Source of the DNA: an uncultured cyanobacterium
GTDB taxonomy: Bacteria; Cyanobacteriota; Cyanobacteriia; Cyanobacteriales; Cyanobacteriaceae
NCBI GenBank assembly: GCA_963749915.1
Contig: CAVVOP010000008.1
Coordinates: forward strand, 736,001-800,000
Direction: 5' to 3'
DNA length: 64,000 bases
Position numbers and translations under genes: made by a program. Positions 11,282-21,371 of this stretch are shown piece by piece (position 1 is the first letter of the stretch; each line of letters starts with the position of its first letter). Under the pieces are notes generated by a model. It did not search any database. It worked only from the letters and a program-made list of their open reading frames with translations, and had not been told where the DNA came from.

Positions 11282-12079
11282 ATGTTAACCAGTCCGCAAA
11301 ATCCTGTTGTTAAACAAATCCGTAAATTGCATCGTAGTCGGGAAAGGCATCGAGAAAATCTACATTTATTAGAAGGCACAAATTTATTAAAAGTTGCCAG
11401 TGAGGTTGATTATCCCTTGGTAACCCTTTTGACCACGGAGTTGTGGCAGAAAAGAAATTATTCTCTTTGGCAAAAATTACAAACTCAAACGCAAAGGGCC
11501 GAAACTGTGACCCCAGAATTGATGAAGAATCTTGCCACTACCGTTAATTCTGATGGAGTTATCGCAACGGCTTATCGTCATTCTCATCAACCACAACCCC
11601 CTGAAAATCTCCGTTTCGGGTTAATTTGCCATCGCATTCAAGATCCGGGTAATTTAGGGACAATTATTCGTACTAGCGTAGCTACTGATGTGGATTTTAT
11701 CTGGCTAAGTAGTGATAGTGTCGATTTAGATAATCCTAAAGTTATGCGATCGTCCGTGGGAGAATGGTTTAAAATTGGGGCAAAAGTAGAAAAGGATCTC
11801 ATTTCTTTAGTTAAAAAGTATAAATCTCGGGGTTATCAAATTATTGCAACGTCTTTGGAAGGTAACAAAACTCCCTGGCAAATTGATTTGACTCAACCGA
11901 CTATTTTATTATTAGGCAACGAAGCACAGGGTTTATCCCCCGAATTGGCTAATTTAGCAACGGAAAATGTCAAAATTCCTTTGGCTAATGATGTGGAATC
12001 TCTTAATGTGGCCATCGCCACAGCTTTTTTATTAGCAGAATACCAAAGGCAATTAACAATTAACAGACAAGACGTTTAA
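11282..12079 (+). CDS. TrmH/SpoU-family RNA methyltransferase
   Basis: IQDPGNLGTIIRT, LLGNEAQGLS, IPLANDVESLNVAIA (SPOUT motifs). Confidence 0.93.
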   Translation: MLTSPQNPVVKQIRKLHRSRERHRENLHLLEGTNLLKVASEVDYPLVTLLTTELWQKRNYSLWQKLQTQTQRAETVTPELMKNLATTVNSDGVIATAYRHSHQPQPPENLRFGLICHRIQDPGNLGTIIRTSVATDVDFIWLSSDSVDLDNPKVMRSSVGEWFKIGAKVEKDLISLVKKYKSRGYQIIATSLEGNKTPWQIDLTQPTILLLGNEAQGLSPELANLATENVKIPLANDVESLNVAIATAFLLAEYQRQLTINRQDV

Positions 12080-12160
12080 ATCTTTTGCTTAATTTAAGGA
12101 TAAACTACCAACTATCAAACTCAGTTATAATTTGGACAAGAAATTAAAGAAATTATATTT

Positions 12161-12616
12161 ATGAGTAATAGATTGACGGAATTGGGCATATCTCAAGAAG
12201 ATTATTGTGTTTTTGGGTTAGCAACTTGTTTTATCCGAGACGAAGGGGAAATCAAAGAAATTAAGGTAATTGAACCCATTCCATCGGCGGCATTAGAAGC
12301 ACTTTTTAAAGGTATTCCTACTTCTTACGAGTTAGCAGTAGCCACCACCATCGGGCAAGTTATCCTTGAAGATACTCTACAAAAACCCAGGGAATTTCCT
12401 GATAATAGTCAATTTTGTGATGATTTTCTTAATCGCACCTTTGCCGCCACTCGTACCTATAAAAGTAAACCTAGTGCCCAAGAATACATTAAGTTCGGCA
12501 CATCAACAACCGACTTCAATTATTCATTAGAAAGAAAAAGAGTGTTAAATAGTGTTCATCTGGTTTCCGATGATGATAATGTTAAACAACATCCTAATAC
12601 TCATAAAATTTTGTAA
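12161..12616 (+). CDS. Conserved cyanobacterial hypothetical protein
   Basis: 151-aa ORF with ATG start and natural composition; motifs GLATCF..EPIPSAALE and DNVKQHPNTHKIL. Confidence 0.75.
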   Translation: MSNRLTELGISQEDYCVFGLATCFIRDEGEIKEIKVIEPIPSAALEALFKGIPTSYELAVATTIGQVILEDTLQKPREFPDNSQFCDDFLNRTFAATRTYKSKPSAQEYIKFGTSTTDFNYSLERKRVLNSVHLVSDDDNVKQHPNTHKIL

Positions 12617-12639
12617 AATTTTTTCAAACGATTTGAATA

Positions 12640-13041
12640 GTGAAATATTACTCTTTAAGTTTAAGTTTTCTCACATTTCTTTTTTGTACAACTCCGGTTT
12701 CTGCTGAAAAATACGGTCAAGAAATCAATTCTTTAGAAGAAAAAAGCATCATTAATCAGTGGATTTTGTTTGCTAATTCAACTTTAGCCACGGGATTATT
12801 TATTGAGGCAAATCGGGAAAAAGAAATATCGAAACTATTGCCCCCTTTAGAACATATTTTTCAAAATAATTCCTTTTTATTAGGTTCAGAATTTACTGTT
12901 GCTGATGTAGCAGTAGGCTCAATGTTAGCTTATACTCAGATTTTATTAAAACTTGATTTAAGTGACTATCCTGCCATAACTAACTATATTCAAAACATCA
13001 CCCAAAGACCCGCTTTTATGAAAACCATCGGACAAAGATAA
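12640..13041 (+). CDS. Chimeric ORF: AmiC-like signal peptide fused to a GST C-terminal domain (N-terminally truncated GST)
   Basis: From residue 22 on (AEKYG...QWILFANSTL...FLLGSEFTVADVAVGSMLAY...RPAF) it is a cyanobacterial GST C-terminal helical domain. The thioredoxin-like N-domain is absent. Residues 1-22 match the signal peptide of the downstream amidase. Confidence 0.75.
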   Translation: MKYYSLSLSFLTFLFCTTPVSAEKYGQEINSLEEKSIINQWILFANSTLATGLFIEANREKEISKLLPPLEHIFQNNSFLLGSEFTVADVAVGSMLAYTQILLKLDLSDYPAITNYIQNITQRPAFMKTIGQR

Positions 13042-13080
13042 TGAACAATGGACAAGGGACAATGAACAATTAACAATTAA
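13042..13080 (+). repeat. Heptamer short tandem repeat (STRR-like, T[G/T][A/G]ACAA)
   Basis: TGAACAA TGGACAA GGGACAA TGAACAA TTAACAA TTAA. Similar runs near 11208, 31301, 47760, 61235 and 63738, mostly just outside gene ends. Confidence 0.75.
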
Positions 13081-13374
13081 TTAATTTTCTCCTCGTCCTC
13101 TAGTCCTTTTGTTTTATAATCTGCCCTGTCTACCTGTTCACCTGCCTCCCCCGTCTTTCTTAGACGTCGAACTCATTAAAAGTCCTAGATTATATTTTTT
13201 ATACTTAAACGGGTAGATAGTTTAAACTTAGTTAATATTCAGATAAGTCAGAGAAACAAAAATTTTTCCTTCTCTGTCATTAAATAATATTATGTTTATT
13301 AAAATAATTTCTTATTTATATAGAACTTTTATATAGAACTGAACCCAATCAAGACTATCAGAGGAAGTAATACC

Positions 13375-15327
13375 ATGGTGAAATTTTATTCTTTAATTTT
13401 AAGTTTACTGACATTTTTAATTTTTGCGACTCCCGCTTATGCCGGAAGACTCCTGTTTTGGCGCTTTGAATACAATCAAAATAGATTACTTTTTACCACA
13501 GATCAAGGAATACAACCAACAGCTCAACTCATTGCTAATCCTACTCGTTTAGTTATCGATCTTCCTAGCACAACTTTAGGCAGACCAACTATCAACGAAA
13601 ATTTAGGTAATGTCATCACTAACTTAAGAATTGGTCAGTTTGATGCTCGTACTACTAGATTGGTTATAGAATTAGCACCCGGATACACCCTCGATCCTCA
13701 AGGTATTAAAATAAAAGGTCTTTCTCCTACACAGTGGTCAGTGGATTTACCACAACCACAACAAGCAGATTTTCCGGCTAATCCTTCCCCCAAATCCTCC
13801 TTTGATAATCAATCTCGAAATTCTAATGGTAATCCCATCGGTCTGAATAATGGCAATCGGAATAGTAGTTTGAATGCCTCAAAAGGTTTACAGGTAACTT
13901 CTAGCGGTATTGTTGTTGGTCTTGATGGAAACCATAAAAATAAAATAAAATTTAATCGTAGTCGCGATCGCCGTCAAATTAACTTTGAAATTGAAAATAT
14001 GACTATACCCAATAATTTACCGGATTCTTGGCCGATCAATCAATACGGTATAAGTGAATTAAAATTAAATCAATCCAGGAAATCAGTAGCCTTACTAACA
14101 TTGAATGTTCATCCTGACAGTCCTGATTGGCAAGCCAGTTTTAGTCGTATGGGTGGATTAGTTTTATGGCCTCAAGGGGGTATTTCCAAAGTAACTGAGT
14201 TGTCCGCCAATATTGATTCACCTAAGGTATCAAATACACCACCTAGGTCACAACCGATCACTAATAATATTAATCCTCGTGTTAATAACTCCAGCAAAAC
14301 CAGTATTGAATATATTCAAGTCAACTATAATCAACTGATGATTGGGGCAAACCAACCCCTAAAAGCACAAGGCAGTTGGAGTCAAGGTAATAGAATTTAT
14401 CAAATTAGGCTGGAAAATACTGACTTATCCCCGAATTTTAAAAGTCCTAACCTAGTATCGGGAAGTCCCATTGCCAGAATGCGTATTTGGCAACCAGACA
14501 ATAAAACCGTAGTACTTTTAATTGAACCAGCTTTGGGCACCATAATAGGGCAACTCAATCAACCTAGCGAAAGAATGTTGGCGTTATCCTTGAATCGTAG
14601 CAATATTACTTCTCGTAATACTCAAAATGATTCTGCCACGGGAATTTCTCTCCCAGTATCTCAAGCACCAGGTTCTGCCAACCCTTTTGATTATACTCCC
14701 AATGGTTCCTCACGACCTTTACCTCCTTTAAATAATTCTCGTCCTCTACCTCCTTTAAATAATTCTCGTCCGCCCACCAAAGGTAAGACCCTTGTAATTA
14801 TCGACCCTGGCCATGGTGGGAAAGATGTCGGTGCCGTCGGTATCGGCGGAATCCAAGAAAAACGGATAGTTATTTCCATCTCCCAACAAGTCGCTCGTCT
14901 TTTAGAACAACAGGGAATACAAGTGAGAATGACTAGAAATAGCGATTATTTTATCAGTTTAGAAGGAAGAACAAATTTGGCTAATCGTCTTAATGCTGAT
15001 ATATTCGTCAGTATCCATGCTAACTCTGCCGGCAGAAGTAAACCCGGGGTAAGTGGCTATGAAACCTATTATTACCAGACTGGTAGAGCTTTAGCTGATA
15101 CTATTCATCGCAATGTTATACGCCGAGTTGATGTGCGCAATCGCAGAATAAAACAAGCTCGATTCTACGTTTTGAGAAAATCGAATATGCCCTCGGTATT
15201 ATTAGAAACTGGTTTTGTCACAGGTACAGAAGATGCCGCTAAACTGACAAATCCTAGTTTTCAAAGACAAATGGCAGAAGCGATCGCATCTGGTATTATT
15301 GAGTATATCCGGACAAACCGCCTATAA
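13375..15327 (+). CDS. amiC: N-acetylmuramoyl-L-alanine amidase with AMIN domains (AmiC-type)
   Basis: Signal peptide, AMIN motifs (PTRLVIDLP, RIGQFDARTTRLVIEL) and Amidase_3 motifs IIDPGHGGKD, FVSIHANS, SVLLETGF; lies upstream of murI. Confidence 0.92.
   Translation: MVKFYSLILSLLTFLIFATPAYAGRLLFWRFEYNQNRLLFTTDQGIQPTAQLIANPTRLVIDLPSTTLGRPTINENLGNVITNLRIGQFDARTTRLVIELAPGYTLDPQGIKIKGLSPTQWSVDLPQPQQADFPANPSPKSSFDNQSRNSNGNPIGLNNGNRNSSLNASKGLQVTSSGIVVGLDGNHKNKIKFNRSRDRRQINFEIENMTIPNNLPDSWPINQYGISELKLNQSRKSVALLTLNVHPDSPDWQASFSRMGGLVLWPQGGISKVTELSANIDSPKVSNTPPRSQPITNNINPRVNNSSKTSIEYIQVNYNQLMIGANQPLKAQGSWSQGNRIYQIRLENTDLSPNFKSPNLVSGSPIARMRIWQPDNKTVVLLIEPALGTIIGQLNQPSERMLALSLNRSNITSRNTQNDSATGISLPVSQAPGSANPFDYTPNGSSRPLPPLNNSRPLPPLNNSRPPTKGKTLVIIDPGHGGKDVGAVGIGGIQEKRIVISISQQVARLLEQQGIQVRMTRNSDYFISLEGRTNLANRLNADIFVSIHANSAGRSKPGVSGYETYYYQTGRALADTIHRNVIRRVDVRNRRIKQARFYVLRKSNMPSVLLETGFVTGTEDAAKLTNPSFQRQMAEAIASGIIEYIRTNRL
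14710..14772 (+). repeat. 27-bp in-frame tandem repeat (SRPLPPLNN x2.3) in the AmiC linker
   Basis: tcacgacctttacctcctttaaataat / tctcgtcctctacctcctttaaataat / tctcgtccg. Confidence 0.9.
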
Positions 15328-15844
15328 GTCAAAAGATTCAGAGTCTGACAAAGACGAGGGACACAAGTAGGTAAACAACTGAGTTTGACATAAAAAAGAA
15401 GGTTGAAGGGCAACTATGAATAATTTCAATGGTGAAAATAAATAATAAGAATAATAGTTCTAATAATTAAGAAAAGTTTCAGTATTTTGAATTATCATCA
15501 ACAAAAATCTTATAATTTATTCAGTATAGTTCTTAAAGCCTAAGCCATTGATTAAAAATAATAACTCTATTATTTTTACTAATACGGAAACATTACAAGA
15601 AACTATTAGTTGTTTGTCTCAACATATTTTTTTAATAGTAAAAAAGCTTTTAATTCTGAAAATCTATTTAAAATCTAAGTAAGAGCGGCTAGTAATAAAA
15701 AACCGGTAATTAGTTTGCTATTGAAATCAATTGTTAATAGTTTATTTTCCGTTGTTTATTGCTAATTGTTTTCCTCAATGTATTTACATTTTAAAGTACT
15801 TTTGCTTAAATTAAGATAATTTTAATTGCAATCATGATAATTTT

Positions 15845-16723
15845 ATGGAACATTCTCTTGGTAATAGAATTGGTGTTTTTGACAGCGGCGTCGGTGGTTT
15901 AACAGTACTTCGGAAACTCTATCGTCATTTGCCCCAAGAATCCATCCTCTATTTTGCCGATACTCAACGTCTTCCCTACGGTACTCGTTCCCGTCAAGAG
16001 ATTATTTTATTCGTTAGGGAGATTCTCGATTGGATGAAAGATCAAAAGGTCAAGATGGTTATTATGGCTTGTAATACTAGTTCAGCTCTAGCTTTAGAAG
16101 AAGTACAGTCCGAATATGACTTCCCTATTTTAGGCTTAATCCATCCCGGTGCAAAAGGTGCAGTCAAACAAGGTAAAAAAATTGGTGTTATTTCCACTGT
16201 AGCCACCGCTAAAAGTAATGCCTATAGTAACGCTATTCGAGAAATTAATCCTCAAGTTGATGTGTGGCAAGTTGGGTGTCCAGAATTTGTGCCTCTCATC
16301 GAACAGAATCGCATTTATGATCCTTATACCAAAAAAGTAGCTCAACAATATTTAGAGCCTTTAATTAGGAATCAAATTGATGCTCTTATCTATGGTTGTA
16401 CCCATTATCCTCACCTACAAGGCTTATTGAAAGAAATTTTACCTTCTTTTGTTAAATTAATTGATCCTGCTGATTCTGTCGTTAGGGCAACGGAAAGGGA
16501 ATTAGATTTAATGAATTTACGAAACTATCATAGCGTTTTACCGACTCGTTTTTGTGTTAGCGGTGAGCCAGAAGATTTTGCCACAATTTCTAAACAGTGG
16601 TTAGGATTTACTCCTCAAGTAGAAAAAATTTATTTACCTTCTATTGCAACTGTCATTAGTCCGCCGATACCATCAAAAACATCAAACTTTGCATATAGTT
16701 CTAATTTATTAATTTCTTCTTGA
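15845..16723 (+). CDS. murI: Glutamate racemase
   Basis: IGVFDSGVGGLTV, MACNTSS and YGCTHYP catalytic cysteine motifs. Confidence 0.97.
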   Translation: MEHSLGNRIGVFDSGVGGLTVLRKLYRHLPQESILYFADTQRLPYGTRSRQEIILFVREILDWMKDQKVKMVIMACNTSSALALEEVQSEYDFPILGLIHPGAKGAVKQGKKIGVISTVATAKSNAYSNAIREINPQVDVWQVGCPEFVPLIEQNRIYDPYTKKVAQQYLEPLIRNQIDALIYGCTHYPHLQGLLKEILPSFVKLIDPADSVVRATERELDLMNLRNYHSVLPTRFCVSGEPEDFATISKQWLGFTPQVEKIYLPSIATVISPPIPSKTSNFAYSSNLLISS

Positions 16724-16813
16724 GTTAGTTTTACTTTTAATTCCATAGTCCGCTGGTTAAAAACCCTTATTTATTTCCAAGCCCTCAGAATTAGGGGGAG
16801 GGGGAGCTTACGT

Positions 16814-16849
16814 CCTCACAAGTGTAGGTTTTTTACATTAACGATAAAA
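16814..16849 (+). repeat. 36-bp dispersed repeat, copy 1
   Basis: CCTCACAAGTGTAGGTTTTTTACATTAACGATAAAA. An exact reverse-complement copy lies at 31525-31560 and a partial inverted copy at 17211-17234. Confidence 0.85.
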
Positions 16850-17125
16850 CTGAACTTCCCCAAGTGAAAAACGAGAAAAGCCTTAACCCAAGACAGTTAC
16901 AGAGATTTTTGAACTGCCTGTTACTGGCTACAAATTTGTAAAGGGGTTGTGGAGTAGTTCGTGAAGTGTTCGCCCTCAGGATCATCGTATCACATTTGGC
17001 ACTATAAAATGTTAAGAAATGTAACAATTTTACATGGACACAGGCTGTAGCATGGCAATGGGTATAAGCCTTGCAAAGCAAGACTTTGAATGATGCTTCA
17101 GTACATTTGCTCGGGGGAAGTTCAG
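16850..17125. mobile_element. 276-bp MITE-like element
   Basis: Terminal inverted repeats CTGAACTTCCCC (16850-16861) and GGGGAAGTTCAG (17114-17125); no transposase; no clean TSD. Confidence 0.65.
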
Positions 17126-17200
17126 GATTAATTAACATTATTGCCGATTTCTCTCTTCCTTGTCTACTTTCCTTCCTTGTCCTCCTTGTCTCTCCCCCAC

Positions 17201-17284
17201 CAGAACTTATTGTAAAAAACCTACCCTTGTCAGGGAGTGTTCCCCCGAACTTGAGAGATCAAGAGGACAAATGCGTAAGTCCTG
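17201..17284. mobile_element. 84-bp degenerate MITE/IS-end remnant (CAGGACTTACGCA-type end)
   Basis: The right end TGCGTAAGTCCTG is the reverse complement of CAGGACTTACGCA, an IS terminal repeat I recall as common in cyanobacteria. The left end CAGAACTTA is a degenerate match. Confidence 0.5.
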
Positions 17285-17666
17285 TTGATGTGAGATGTCG
17301 GTATATTAAGAAATAATAAGTTACTGTAAATAAAGAATAATTTAGTTTAAATAAAATTTAAGTATATTGATTTTTTTTAATTTTTATAATGAATAAAAGA
17401 GAATTTTTATCGAAAAGTAAAATATTATTAAAAATTTGTAACAAACAACTAGACTTGTGCTAATTAGTTTCATGATAATAAGTGTAGAAGTTGGATGTTG
17501 TGGGGAAACAAAAAATTAAATAAAAACCGGTAGTGCTTATTCGAAAATGTTAAGGATAAGTATCAATGTTAACAAAAAAATCATCAATTCTATTCTATGA
17601 TTAAGTGATCAATTTCCTCTCGCCTAATTTCTAACTCTTTCTGTTTTTTTGGAGAATATTTGGCTT

Positions 17667-20600
17667 ATGAATACGAAAAATTATGCAACTTTAGATGGTA
17701 ACGAAGCCGTAGCAAGAGTGGCCTATAAATTGAATGAAGTTATCGCCATTTATCCCATCACTCCGGCTTCACCTATGGGGGAATGGGCGGATGCTTGGGC
17801 TTCTGAGGGTAAACCCAATCTTTGGGGCACAATACCTTCCATCATAGAAATGCAAAGCGAAGGAGGTGCGGCGGGAGCTGTTCATGGAGCATTACAGGCG
17901 GGATCTCTAACCACCACTTTCACCGCCTCTCAGGGACTGTTATTGATGATTCCCAATTACTACAAAATTGCAGGAGAGTTAACCCCCATTGTGTTTCACA
18001 TTGCCGCCCGTTCTTTAGCCGCTCAAGCCTTATCCATTTTTGGAGATCATAGTGATGTAATGGCAGCTAGGGCTACAGGATGTGCTCTCCTTGCCTCTGC
18101 TAGTGTCCAAGAGGCTCAAGATTTAGCGGCGATCGCCACTTCTGCCAGTTTAAAATCTCGAATACCTTTTTTACATTTTTTCGATGGTTTTCGCACTTCC
18201 CACCAAATCGATAAAGTGGAATTGTTGGAAGATGAACATTTACGGCAACTGGTTGACGATCAAGACATTGTGGCCCATCGTCGACGAGCATTAACTCCCG
18301 ATCGCCCTGTATTAAGAGGCACGGCTCAAAACCCCGATGTTTATTTTCAGGCTAGGGAAACCGTTAATCCCTTTTATGATCAATGTCCGCACATTGTACA
18401 AGGAGTAATGAATCAATTTGCCAGTTTAACGGGGCGACAATATTATCTTTATGAATATCATGGGGATACTACGGCAGAAAAGGTAATTATTATAATGGGT
18501 TCAGGTTGTGATGTGGTTCATGAAACTATAGATTATCTCAACTCACAAGGACAAAAACTAGGGGTGTTAAAGGTGCGTTTATACCGTCCTTTTGACGCTC
18601 AACGGTTATTAGAAGCTATTCCTGGGACAGTAAAAGCGATCGCTGTATTAGATCGCACGAAAGAACCCGGATCTGCTGGCGAACCTTTGTATGTAGATGT
18701 TGTCACCGCCTATATGGAATATTATCAAGGTGATACTTTCCCGAAAATTGTCGGCGGGCGTTATGGTTTATCCTCGAAAGACTTTACCCCTGCTATGGTT
18801 AAGGGAATATTTGAGAATCTCAGTCTCGCTGTTGCCGATAGTTCCGTTAGTAAGGGAAGGGGGATTAAAAATCATTTTACCATCGGCATTAATGATGATT
18901 TAAGCCATACCAGCTTAGATTATAACTCTAACTTTGACATTGAACCTGATAACGTGGTTAGAGCAATATTTTACGGTTTGGGTTCCGATGGTACAGTGGG
19001 TGCAAATAAAAATTCCATAAAAATTATTGGCGAAGATACCGATAACTACGCCCAAGGTTATTTCGTCTATGATTCGAAAAAATCAGGCTCAGTGACGGTG
19101 TCTCACTTACGTTTCGGTCCTCAATTGATACGCTCTTGTTATTTAATTAATCAGGCTAATTTTATCGGTTGTCATCAGTGGGAATTTTTAGATAAATACC
19201 CGATCTTGTCTGATGCTTTGATGGGGGCAACTTTTCTCCTCAATAGCCCTTATCCTGCCGATCTTGTCTGGGATCAATTACCATCAGCAGTACGGGAAAC
19301 CATTATCGCTAAACAACTCAAATTTTACGTTATCAATGGTTATCAAGTGGCACGAGAAGCTGGCATGGGAGGACGCATTAACACCGTGATGCAAGTTTGC
19401 TTTTTCGCCCTTTCGGGAGTGTTGTCCAAAGAAAATGCTATTGCCCAAATCAAGAAATCCATTGAGAAAACCTACGGTAAAAAAGGCAAAGAAATTGTTG
19501 AGATGAACATGAAAGCCGTCGATTCTACCTTGGATCATCTTTTTGAGGTACCAATCCCTGTTGATAGGGACAATGCCCCCCTCAGTAATGCAAGGGAAAG
19601 GGAGAATCAGCGATCGCACAGTGGTGCTTCACGATCCCCCGTATCCGATCAAGCACCAATATTCGTCAAAGAAGTTCTAGGCAAAATTTTGGCAAGGGAA
19701 GGGGATAATATACCCGTGTCAGCATTACCCTGTGATGGCACTTATCCCACCGGCACCTCTAAATGGGAAAAACGCAATATCGCTCAAGAAATTCCCGTCT
19801 GGGATGCGGATGTCTGTGTGCAATGCGGAAAATGTGTGATGGTCTGCCCTCACGGCGTAATTCGCTCCAAAGTTTATAGTGGGGAAAATTTAAGCAACGC
19901 CCCTGAAACTTTTAAATCTTCACCGGCACGAGACCACGATTGGAAGGGGTTAAAATTTACTATTCAGGTGGCCCCTGAAGATTGTACTGGTTGTGCTTTA
20001 TGTATCGATGTTTGTCCTGCCAAAAATAAATCTCAACCTCGTCTCAAAGCCATTAATATGAGTCCTCAATTGCCTATTCGTGAGCAAGAGCGTGTTAATT
20101 GGGATTACTTCTTAAATTTACCATTACCTGATCGCAATGCCTTAAATCTGAAGAAAATCAGTCATCAACAAATGCAAGAACCATTATTTGAATTTAGTGG
20201 TGCCTGTGGCGGTTGTGGTGAAACCCCCTATCTCAAATTAGTTACCCAATTATTTGGCGATCGCATGATTGTTGCCAATGCCACCGGTTGCTCATCCATT
20301 TATGGCGGTAACTTACCCACTACTCCTTGGACTACCAATAATGAAGGGCGAGGGCCAGCTTGGAGTAATTCCTTATTTGAGGATAATGCCGAATTTGGTT
20401 TAGGTTTTCGGGTTTCTATTGATAAACACGTGGAATTTGCGATGGAGCTTCTTCAATCTCTGGCTGGTGAATTGGGAGATAATCTAGTTACGGCTATCTT
20501 AAATAACAGTCAAAAAGATGAAGCAGATATTTATGAACAAAGAAACTCTGTAACTCAATTAAAACAACGTCTGCAAGAATTAACCTCTGACCATCCCCAA

Positions 20601-21302
20601 AGCAAAATCAAAATGTTGCAATCCCTCGCTGATTATCTTGTCAAAAAAAGTGTCTGGATTATTGGCGGTGATGGTTGGGCTTACGACATCGGTTACGGTG
20701 GTTTAGATCATGCGATCGCCAGTGGCAGAAATATCAATCTTTTAGTGATGGATACGGAGGTCTATTCGAATACAGGAGGTCAAGCCTCAAAAGCCACCCC
20801 CAGAGGTGCAGTAGCAAAATTTGCCAACGGAGGTAAACCAGCTCCGAAAAAAGACTTAGGGTTAATGGCAATGACCTACGGTAATGTTTATGTAGCTAGT
20901 GTCGCGATGGGTGCAAAACCTGAACATACCGTGAAAGCCTTTTTAGAAGCCGAAGCTTATAACGGGCCATCCCTAATTATTGCCTACTCTCACTGTATTG
21001 CTCATGGGATTAATATGTCAACAGCCATGAGACAACAACAGTCAGCGGTAGAATCTGGGCGTTGGTTATTGTATCGTTATCATCCAGAATTAGCGGAACA
21101 TGGTGAAAATCCCTTACATATTGACATGAATAGCCCTCAATTACCTTTAAAAGAAGCTATGTATAGTGAAAACCGCTTTAAGATGCTAACTCGCAGCAAA
21201 CCGGAGGAAGCCAAACGATTACTCAAACAAGCCCAAGAGGATGTCAATACCCGTTGGCAGATGTATCAATATTTAGCCGCTCGTCATCCTGAAGATAAAT
21301 AG
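17667..21302 (+). CDS. nifJ: Pyruvate:ferredoxin (flavodoxin) oxidoreductase
   Basis: LDGNEAVA, IYPITP, MQSEGGAAGAVHG, two ferredoxin motifs (CVQCGKCVMVCP, CTGCALCIDVCP), GACGGCGE, ANATGCSSIYGG and TPP motif GGDGWAYDIG. ATG at 17667 is preferred over TTG at 17649. Confidence 0.97.
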   Translation: MNTKNYATLDGNEAVARVAYKLNEVIAIYPITPASPMGEWADAWASEGKPNLWGTIPSIIEMQSEGGAAGAVHGALQAGSLTTTFTASQGLLLMIPNYYKIAGELTPIVFHIAARSLAAQALSIFGDHSDVMAARATGCALLASASVQEAQDLAAIATSASLKSRIPFLHFFDGFRTSHQIDKVELLEDEHLRQLVDDQDIVAHRRRALTPDRPVLRGTAQNPDVYFQARETVNPFYDQCPHIVQGVMNQFASLTGRQYYLYEYHGDTTAEKVIIIMGSGCDVVHETIDYLNSQGQKLGVLKVRLYRPFDAQRLLEAIPGTVKAIAVLDRTKEPGSAGEPLYVDVVTAYMEYYQGDTFPKIVGGRYGLSSKDFTPAMVKGIFENLSLAVADSSVSKGRGIKNHFTIGINDDLSHTSLDYNSNFDIEPDNVVRAIFYGLGSDGTVGANKNSIKIIGEDTDNYAQGYFVYDSKKSGSVTVSHLRFGPQLIRSCYLINQANFIGCHQWEFLDKYPILSDALMGATFLLNSPYPADLVWDQLPSAVRETIIAKQLKFYVINGYQVAREAGMGGRINTVMQVCFFALSGVLSKENAIAQIKKSIEKTYGKKGKEIVEMNMKAVDSTLDHLFEVPIPVDRDNAPLSNARERENQRSHSGASRSPVSDQAPIFVKEVLGKILAREGDNIPVSALPCDGTYPTGTSKWEKRNIAQEIPVWDADVCVQCGKCVMVCPHGVIRSKVYSGENLSNAPETFKSSPARDHDWKGLKFTIQVAPEDCTGCALCIDVCPAKNKSQPRLKAINMSPQLPIREQERVNWDYFLNLPLPDRNALNLKKISHQQMQEPLFEFSGACGGCGETPYLKLVTQLFGDRMIVANATGCSSIYGGNLPTTPWTTNNEGRGPAWSNSLFEDNAEFGLGFRVSIDKHVEFAMELLQSLAGELGDNLVTAILNNSQKDEADIYEQRNSVTQLKQRLQELTSDHPQSKIKMLQSLADYLVKKSVWIIGGDGWAYDIGYGGLDHAIASGRNINLLVMDTEVYSNTGGQASKATPRGAVAKFANGGKPAPKKDLGLMAMTYGNVYVASVAMGAKPEHTVKAFLEAEAYNGPSLIIAYSHCIAHGINMSTAMRQQQSAVESGRWLLYRYHPELAEHGENPLHIDMNSPQLPLKEAMYSENRFKMLTRSKPEEAKRLLKQAQEDVNTRWQMYQYLAARHPEDK

Positions 21303-21371
21303 AAAACCATAGTAAGCATAACTGAGAAGTTTTCTACATCAAAAACAATAAATATCAGGAGTAATAAAAAA

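Noticed and set aside
16814..16849. 36-bp repeat as a CRISPR direct repeat
   Set aside because: The copies are about 15 kb apart on opposite strands, with no repeat-spacer periodicity and no cas genes in the window
17021..17033. NtcA site inside the MITE (GTAACAATTTTAC)
   Set aside because: Spacing is GTA-N7-TAC, not the required N8
16833..17316. ORFs 16833-17138 (-) and 17071-17316 (+)
   Set aside because: They run through MITE and repeat sequence and show no transposase or other motifs
17667..21302. nifJ as evidence of a nitrogen-fixation cluster
   Set aside because: PFOR with its DHOD-like neighbour also occurs in non-diazotrophs, and no nif structural genes are present
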